This document shows positions 22,848 to 30,581 of a stretch of 30,581 nt of DNA, in pieces. The first letter of the stretch is position 1, and each line of letters starts with the position of its first letter. Under the pieces are notes generated by a model. It was not told the DNA's origin and did no database searches. It was given only the letters and a program-made list of their open reading frames with translations. The position numbers and the translations under genes are program-made. Origin of the DNA: Octopus sinensis (lineage: Eukaryota); assembly GCF_006345805.1 (NCBI RefSeq), contig NW_021832503.1:1-30581 (forward strand), given 5' to 3'.

Positions 22848-23156
22848 GTGGAGGCACATGGCCTAGTGGTTAGAGCAGTGGACTCGCGGTCGAGGGATTG
22901 CGGGTTCGAATTTCAGACCGGGCGATGTGTGTGTGTTTATGAGCGAAACACCTAAGCTCCACGCGGCTCCTGCAGAAGGTAATGGCGAAACTTCTGCTGA
23001 CTCTTTCACCACAACTTTCTCTCACTCTTTCCTCCTGCATCTTGCAACTCACCTGCGACGGACCAGCGTCCTGTCCAGGTGGGGAACCTATACGCCAAGG
23101 AACCGGGGAAACCGGCCCTTATGAGCCAGGCATGTCTTGAGAAGGAACAAACAACA
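22848..23156 (+). mobile_element. SINE, head C + tail 2
   Basis: Head resembles 10243 and tail resembles 14347-14460. 10-bp TSD TTATCTTTGT at 22838-22847 and 23157-23166. Confidence 0.93.
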
Positions 23157-23370
23157 TTATCTTTGTTGTGTATGTTCTATTTACTGGAATACGTTGAGGC
23201 TTTTCTGTTATTTCTCTGAATTGTTTTAGCTTTTGGAAATAAAATAACAAGCAACAACACTTCTCTTGTACTTAATAAAATTTCAGTGGTAACACTCAAG
23301 TCCAGTACTTATTCCATCGCTCTTTTTTACCGAACCGCTAAATTACGATGATGTAAGTAAGCCAAGGCAC

Positions 23371-23431
<61 letters not shown>

Positions 23432-23432
<1 letters not shown>

Positions 23433-23644
23433 GGCCATGTTGAATCGCTAGCTTCTGCACGCATTTTTTTTCTCTCCTTGTTTCTCTCCGTGTTTCTTTT
23501 CTGTGTATCTTTCTGTTGAAGAGCGTAGGCTCGAAACGTAAAAAGACTTTTTCTATTTATATTCCTGAGCGCCATACTAATACAATTGTTTGTTTGTATT
23601 CCACCTGCCTTCGTCTTTTGTTTATTTTCATAAAGCTTCCCGTT
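23432..23644 (+). mobile_element. Dispersed repeat with hammerhead-like motif (probable Penelope-like terminal repeat)
   Basis: Homolog of 9857-10033. TCTTTCTGTTGAAGAGCGTAGGCTCGAAACGTAAAAAGA at 23508-23546. Confidence 0.65.
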
Positions 23645-23814
23645 ATATATATGCATGTATTTATAATTTTCTTTTTTCTAATTAAGAGTTCATTTCGACC
23701 GGTCACCTGTTTGGTAGCTAGTTTGTAAAAGAAAGCAGTCATCATCATTTAAATCTTAAGAAAGTCTTTCAGATTTTGATTGTCCCAGATATCGCGATTA
23801 TTTGCATGTATGTA

Positions 23815-24025
23815 CAGGGTGTGACAGAAATACCTCCCACATTTGAAAGGTTGACAAAAGGAATAGAAACAACATTTATGAAAAATTAATTTTACTGTCG
23901 TCTAAACAAAAGGTTACAGTTTTTTGTTCATTATCTAAATGAAAACATCATTGGTATTTGCATAAGTTCATTAGCAACACATAAGTGAAGGTTTAAAATG
24001 TAGGAAGTATTTCTGCCGCACCCTG
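23815..24025. mobile_element. Tc1/mariner-type MITE, 211 bp
   Basis: 34-bp TIRs CAGGGTGTGACAGAAATACCTCCCACATTTGAAA and CAGGGTGCGGCAGAAATACTTCCTACATTTTAAA (5 mismatches). TA on both flanks. Confidence 0.9.
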
Positions 24026-24089
24026 TATGTATGTATGTATGTATGTATGTATGTATGTATGTATGTATGTATGTATGTATGTATGTATG

Positions 24090-24120
<31 letters not shown>

Positions 24121-24139
24121 TGAATGCATGTATGTATGT

Positions 24140-24342
24140 ACAGGTTTGTGTGTTTTATGTATGTATTCTCATGGTTGTCTAGTTGCATATCTAGACATGC
24201 TCATATATATTTAAACGATAAACTTCTGGAAAGTTTTACAGATTTTTACAGTTCCATTGATGGCTTGGATCTGTAGTCTTCGAATCAGATTTCTCCTTTC
24301 TGGTTTTGAGAAGGCTAATTTCTCAAGATTGGTATCTAGGCA
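24140..24342 (-). mobile_element. 3' end of a probable RLE-type non-LTR retrotransposon inside (TATG)n
   Basis: Open frame CLDTNLEKLAFSKPERRNLIRRLQIQAINGTVKICKTFQKFIV* (stop at 24213-24211), short UTR, (TACA)n on both sides. Confidence 0.7.
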
Positions 24343-24398
24343 TGTATTTATGTATGTATGTATGTATGTGTGTGTGTGTGGTGTGTGTGTGTGTGTGT

Positions 24399-24435
<37 letters not shown>

Positions 24436-24663
24436 TGTGTTATCATTTGGTTATGATCTTGCAGCCAGAAGTAATATAATCACATAATCACATATTTTTT
24501 CGTAACCTCATATTCTCCTTTTACCGTTTTTAATCCTGAATATCTTATAAATATTTAACTCTGTTTTAATTAATACTGTGATGTGTTTATAATATTCCTT
24601 CTGGACCATTTTCTTCGTTTATCTGTGTTGTTCTTTAAATAATCTACCAATATTCACAGAAAT

Positions 24664-25087
24664 AAGGCTGCGAGCTGGCAGAATCGTTAGCGCACCGGGC
24701 AAAATGCTTCATGGCAATTTTTTTCCGTCTCCATGTTCTGAGTTCAAATTCCACCGAGGTCGACTTTGCTTTTATCCTGTCAGGGTCGATAAAATAAATA
24801 ACATTTGAGTACCCAAAATTGCTGGATTTCTGTTGAAATTTCAAACCAATATATTCACAGAAACAAGATGGCGAACGGATAGAATCGTTAGAATGCTGGA
24901 CAAAATATTTAGCGGCACTTTGTTCGTCGTTATGTTCTGAGTTCAAATGCCGCTGAAGTTGATTTTGTCTTTCATCCTTTCGGGGTCGATAAAAATAAAT
25001 ACCTCCAGCATACTCTAGTCGATGTAATCGACAGACTCCCCCACCCCAGGTTGCTAGCCTTGTGCTAAAATTAGAAACCAATATACT
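24664..25087 (+). mobile_element. Two tandem diverged SINE family A copies
   Basis: Heads at about 24664 and 24866, each with B-box and core. Confidence 0.88.
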
Positions 25088-25101
25088 CACAGAAATATCA
25101 C

Positions 25102-25594
25102 GCACAATTTAGTTACACTCAATTTAGTCACACTCTGTTTAGCCACACTCAATTTAGTCACGCTCAATTTAGTCACACTCAATTTAGTCACACTCAATTT
25201 AGTCACGCTCAATTTAGTTACACTCAGTTTAGTGACACTCAATTTAGTCACACTCTGTTTAGTCATACTTAGTTTAGTCACTCAATTTAGCCACGATCAA
25301 TTTAGTCACACTCAGTTTAGTCTCATTCAATTTAGTCACACTCAGTTTAGTCACACTCTGTTTAGTCACACTTAGTTTAGTCACATTCAATTTACTTACA
25401 CTCAGTTTAGTCACATTTAATTTAGTCACATTTAATTTAGTCACACTCAATTTATTCATTCTTAGCTTAGTCACACTCAATTTAGTTACACTCAATTTAG
25501 TCACACTTAGTTTAGTCACAATCAATTTAGTCAAACTCAGTTTGGTCACACTCAATTTAGTTGCACTCAGTTTATTCATTCTTAGTTTAGTCAC
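25102..25594. repeat. 15-bp minisatellite, 33 units, consensus ACTCAATTTAGTCAC
   Basis: Units counted by eye. One 13-bp unit at 25282-25294. Confidence 0.96.
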
Positions 25595-25753
25595 ACTCAT
25601 CTTCAAAATACTGGACACTTCCATTACTGAAACATCGTCTCCAATTTTTTTTTTCTTTTCCACTTTTGGAACTCGTCTTAGAATGCGTTCCCAAGGATAG
25701 TGAATGGTTGCCATAGCGAATTGGTTTCGGTTTCGTCAATCGACTGAATAAGT

Positions 25754-26314
25754 TTTTTTTTGTTTTTTTTTGGAAGCACTCCGTCGGTTACGACGACGAG
25801 GGTTCCGGTTGATCCGAATCAACGGAACAGCCTGCTCGTGAAATTAACGTGTAAGTGGCTGAGCACTCCACAGACACGTGCACCCTTAACGTAGTTCTCG
25901 GGGATATTCAGCGTGACACAGAGAGTGACAAGGCCGGCCCTTTGAAATACAGGTACAACAGAAACAGGAAGTAAGAGTGAGAGAAAGTTGTGGTGAAAGA
26001 GTACAGCAGGGATCACCACCGTCCCCTGCCGGAGCCTCGTGGAGCTTTAGGTGTTTTCGCTCAATAAACACTCACAACGCCCGGTCTGGGAATCGACTGT
26101 TAGTCCGCTGCCCTAACCACTGGGCCATTGTGCCTCCACTTGATGTTGGAGCGAAAGAATACAACAGGGGTCACCACCACTCCCTGCCGGAGCATCGTGG
26201 AGCTTTTAGGTGATTTCGCTCAATAAACACTCACAACGCCCGGTCTGGGAATCGAAACCGCGATCCTATGACCGCGAGTCCGCTGCCCTAACCACTGGGC
26301 CATTGCGCCTCCAC
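25754..26314 (-). mobile_element. SINE, head C + tail 1, with an extra upstream 5' half and poly(A)-like tail
   Basis: Near-full copy at 25772-26139 and half copy at 26152-26314. 12-bp TSD GACTGAATAAGT at 25742-25753 and 26315-26326. Confidence 0.94.
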
Positions 26315-26415
26315 GACTGAATAAGTAACCTTTTGGGGACAAAGTAAATCGGGAGTACAGCGATTCTGGGTGACCAGAGTCGTCTTGTGCTTTACTAAAA
26401 GATGTCACGGTTACA

Positions 26416-26646
26416 AGGCGGCGAGCTGGCGGAAACGTTAGCACGCCGGGCGAAATGCTTAGCGGTATTTCGTCTGCGTTACGTTGTGAGTTCAAATTCC
26501 GCCGAGGTCGACTTTGCCTTTCATCCTTTCGGGGTCGATAAATTAAGTACCAGTTACGCATTGGGGTCGATGTAATCGACTTAATACCTATGTCTGTCCT
26601 TGTTTGTCCCCTCTGTGTTTAGCCCCTTGTGGGTAATAAAGAAATA
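26416..26646 (+). mobile_element. SINE family A, full length
   Basis: Head to tail intact. 7-bp TSD GGTTACA at 26409-26415 and 26647-26653. Confidence 0.95.
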
Positions 26647-26740
26647 GGTTACAGTATAACGTGTACGCAGTAGTGTTGTCATGTTGCAGCACCTAGATTT
26701 GTTTTCTCTTGGCCCGGCCTCAATCCACTTCCTTCACGTT

Positions 26741-26788
<48 letters not shown>

Positions 26789-26928
26789 TCTCCCTCTCTC
26801 TCCCCCTCTCTCTCTATCAGACACTTCAGGATATTCAATTAAAACTTTGATCGTCTGCTCACGCAGAACGCATTCATGGTCAACGACACCTTTCCAATGA
26901 AAGAAGAACGATCAACACCATTTTTACA

Positions 26929-26957
26929 TTCTTCTTCTTCTTCTTCTCTTCTTCTTC

Positions 26958-26996
<39 letters not shown>

Positions 26997-27043
26997 TATT
27001 ATTATTATTATTATATTATTATTATTATTAATTATTATTATTA

Positions 27044-27093
<50 letters not shown>

Positions 27094-27108
27094 TTACTAT
27101 TATTATTA

Positions 27109-27206
<98 letters not shown>

Positions 27207-27208
27207 CA

Positions 27209-27239
<31 letters not shown>

Positions 27240-27286
27240 TATTATTATTATTATTATTATTATATTATTATTATTATTACTACTAC

Positions 27287-27322
<36 letters not shown>

Positions 27323-27379
27323 TACTACTATTATTATTATATTATTATTATATTATTATTATATATTATTATTATTATT
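26929..27379. repeat. (TTC)n followed by long (ATT)n microsatellite
   Basis: Direct reading. Confidence 0.97.
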
Positions 27380-27916
27380 CTATGTTTGACTTTTGCTTTA
27401 TATTTGTACAAGTTGGCTCCAAGTCTCACCCAGAGACCTCAAGAGACAACAAGGTAGAAGTTCCTGTTGGTGTTATGCCTAGTGTGCCATATATTTGGTT
27501 TTGTACTTAGTGTTGTACTAGTGAATGTCTAAAAAAAAACCATACGAAAATTATGTTTGTTTTAAAACTTGAGATTACATAGAAAGTATTTTGTGTAGGA
27601 TATGAGCAGTTTCCATGAGCACTATCTTTTGAATTTCTGCCATTTTTGGGTTTCCTGGTATCTGAGTTAGGTAGCTATCAGCCCCTTTTGCTATCATTCC
27701 CAGGGCACCTATGACAACAGGTATTGTTTTAGTCTTCAGGTTCCACATTTTGCTGATTTCTATTTCAAGATCTTTATATTTGCTCAGTTTTTGGTAGGTT
27801 TTGACAGATACGTTTATATCGATTGGGACAGTCATATCAATGAGGACGCATGTTCTTTGTTTGAAGTATTTCAATATGATGTCTGACCTATTCGCATCTA
27901 TCATTCTGTCAGTTTT
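27380..27916 (-). mobile_element. 5'-truncated R4/Dong-like LINE (RLE domain plus 3' UTR) inside (TAA)n
   Basis: ORF 27575-27904 reads DANRSDIIL..CVLIDMTVP..KLSKYKDL..IPVVIGALG..IQKIVLMETAHILHKILSM, the PD-(D/E)xK-type RLE C-terminus of the R4 clade. TAA repeats on both flanks. Confidence 0.93.
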
Positions 27917-27987
27917 ATTATTACTATTACTATTACTATTACTATTATTATTATTATTATTATTATATTATTATTATTATTATTAGC

Positions 27988-28028
<41 letters not shown>

Positions 28029-28577
28029 AGTAGTAGTAGTAGTAGCTGTAATTTCATCTGGTCCTTTCACTGTAGTTGATTACCTCTGACCATTTCCCCC
28101 GTTCCTCTCACCAGAATGTCTGACCTTCTGCCATATTTAGAAACCACAAACATTGCCACTGAGTGCAGTACAGACGTGTGAGTGTGAGTGTGAGTGTGCG
28201 TGTGTGTGTGCATGCATGCGTGTGTGCATGTGTGTATCTGTGTGTGTATGTGTGTGTGTGTGCATGTGTGTGTACGAGGGGTGACTTTGTCATCCGGGAG
28301 TATGCGTCTGTCTGTATGTATGTGCTTGGGTGTGTGTGTATCCGAGTGTGTGTGTGTGTGCTGCACGCATATATGTGTGCGACCGTGTGTGCGTCACTTA
28401 TGAAAAGGTAGGTCCCCATAGAATACGCGTGAAATACTGAAGCATTTTCATCTGAAACCCTTCATTACCGTTTATCTTTTATTTCTCTAGGACGAAAGTT
28501 CAAATCCCGAGTTTTCACAGAATTAGCGAGTTTATCAGACCTGCTTAATTGTTTCTGGTGATGATGGTGTCCTTCGT

Positions 28578-28583
28578 AATCTA

Positions 28584-28663
<80 letters not shown>

Positions 28664-28739
28664 CCTATCTATCTATATATACCCATGTATATATATATAT
28701 ATATATTATATATATATATATACATATACACACACATAT

Positions 28740-28773
<34 letters not shown>

Positions 28774-28775
28774 TA
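28578..28775. repeat. (TGTC)n/(TATC)n/(TA)n compound microsatellite
   Basis: Direct reading. Confidence 0.95.
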
Positions 28776-29224
28776 TATTAAATTAGAGATAAAACCACTA
28801 TTAGGCAAATCAAACAGTGAAAATCAGAAGCCAATACATAGAAATAAAATTAATTAAAAAATATATAAAAAATATAAAATATAAAATATAAAAATATAAA
28901 TATAAAATATAAATATTAAAATATTTAAATTAAAGTTAAAATTTTAAAAAATTATTTAAATTAATAATTTAAACTTAAATTATAAATATATATATATATA
29001 TTTATTATTATTTTATTTAATTATTTATTTTTATTTTTATTTATATTTTTAAAAATTTATTTATTTATTTTTTTAAATTTTATATTTTTATATATTTTTA
29101 TATTTTTATATATATATTTTTTATTTAACTATCAAAAAGTATTAAAAGTTTAATATAAGATAAAGAGTATATACATACATACACATGTACACACATACGT
29201 ATATGTATATACACAAATATATGC

Positions 29225-29520
29225 GTGTATGTGTGTGTGTCTGTGTGTGTCTGTGCTTGTGTATGTCCCACAACCACCACCACCACCACCACCACCACCA
29301 CCGTCAACAACAGCACTTGATAACTGGGTGCTGGTTTGTTTACATCCGGTAACCCTGTAACTTAGCAGGGTTACCGGATGTATATATACACACACACATA
29401 CACATACACACACACACACATATATATATATAATATTATAATTATGAATATAACTATAATTAGGGTTCAGCAAAAAAATTTGCTTCACCACATACCGAAC
29501 TTTAGAAATAGCAGCCAAAG
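29225..29520 (+). mobile_element. Diverged SINE family B 3' half with an internal insertion
   Basis: CACTTGATAACTGGGTGCTGGTTTGTTTAC...TAACTTAGC [insert] GGTTCAGCAAAA. Confidence 0.7.
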
Positions 29521-29660
29521 AACCTAGCTATTTCTTCAACTACAAGAAGAAACTTCCAGACAACATATACTCAAGACAACTCACGTAGACAGAGAGGAAA
29601 AACAACGAAATTCACTCGGCATTTGATTAACACACACACACAAACATATATATATATATA

Positions 29661-29872
29661 TACTCTCTTTTACTCTTTTACTTGTTTCAGTCATTATGAC
29701 TGCGGCCATGCTGGAGCACCACCTTTGATCGGGCAACTCGACCCCGGGACTTATTCTTTTGTAAGCCCAAGTACTTATTCTATCGGCCAGTTTTTGCCGA
29801 ACCGCTAAGTGACGGGGACATAAACACACCAGCATCGGTTGTCAAGCAATGCCTAGGGGGACAAACACAGAT

Positions 29873-29940
<68 letters not shown>

Positions 29941-30146
29941 TCTTTTACTTGTTTCAGTCATTTGACTGCAGCCATGCTGGAGCACCGCCTTTAGTCGAGC
30001 AAATCGACCCCGGGACTTATTCTTTGTAAGCCCAGTACTTATTTTATCGGTCTGTTTTGCCGAACCACTAAGTGATGGGAACGTAAACACACCAGCATCG
30101 GTTGTCAGGCAATGCTAGGGGGACAAACACAGACACACAAACATAT

Positions 30147-30177
<31 letters not shown>

Positions 30178-30380
30178 CATATATACGACAGGCTTCTTTC
30201 AGTTTCCATCTACCAAATCCACTCACAAGGCATTGGTCGGCCCGGGGCTATAGCAGAAGACACTTGCCCAAGATGCCACGCAGTGGGACTGAACCCGGAA
30301 CCATGTGGTTGGTTAGCAAGCTACTTACCACACAGCCACTCCTGCGCCTATATATAAATATATACGATGGGCTTCTTTCG
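29661..30380 (-). mobile_element. SINE family B cluster: extra 3' half (29661-29875), full copy (29938-30350) and fragment
   Basis: Near-identical to 12557-12961. Confidence 0.93.
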
Positions 30381-30581
30381 GAGTTAGATAGATATGAAAA
30401 ATGCCAAGATCACATTTCCATTCGATCTTTCTCCTCTTCAGCACAGTATTTCAAGATTTTAAATTTGAGATCACTGAAAAAATTGATCATACCTATTCGA
30501 TTCAAGTAACATCAGACAAACTACATCCAATGACCAGTACCAACGAATTCAAAACATATGAATAAGGTCTCGTATTCTCCC

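Noticed and set aside
25102-25594. CRISPR-like regular array
   Set aside because: Head-to-tail 15-bp units with no unique spacers and no cas genes, in a eukaryotic context.
27575-27904. 109-aa ORF as a host gene
   Set aside because: It is the truncated RLE C-terminus of a non-LTR retrotransposon.
28470-28580. Polypyrimidine-TAG acceptor at 28490 and possible small exon (RKFKSRVFTELASLSDLLNCFW*)
   Set aside because: All three frames stop within about 70 nt and the peptide is unrecognisable. It cannot be supported without RNA data.

Overview
Repeat-saturated, AT-rich eukaryotic non-coding DNA. The SINE families and very dense (TA)n/(CA)n/(TACA)n/(ATT)n microsatellites resemble an octopus (coleoid cephalopod) genome; this is recognition from memory, not a database result. 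I found no intact host gene, rRNA, true tRNA or CRISPR array. Nearly all supplied ORFs are microsatellite or SINE read-throughs. The window contains: about 25 tRNA-derived SINE copies or fragments of four head types (A-D here), several with clear target-site duplications (TSDs); six or seven 3' remnants of restriction-like-endonuclease (RLE) non-LTR retrotransposons (R4/Dong-like), several sitting in microsatellites; a Tc1/mariner (maT/DD37D-like) transposase relic; a 211-bp Tc1/mariner MITE; two non-autonomous Helitrons; a probable internally deleted Gypsy-type LTR relic; and several fold-back elements with hammerhead-like motifs (Penelope-like). The best second-look signals are a complete 2x2 head/tail swap among SINEs, a putative LINE 3' end sharing its tail with SINE A, the hammerhead-like fold-backs, and a 15-bp array whose variants are often synonymous for a VTKLS pentapeptide. 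None is a demonstrated new system.
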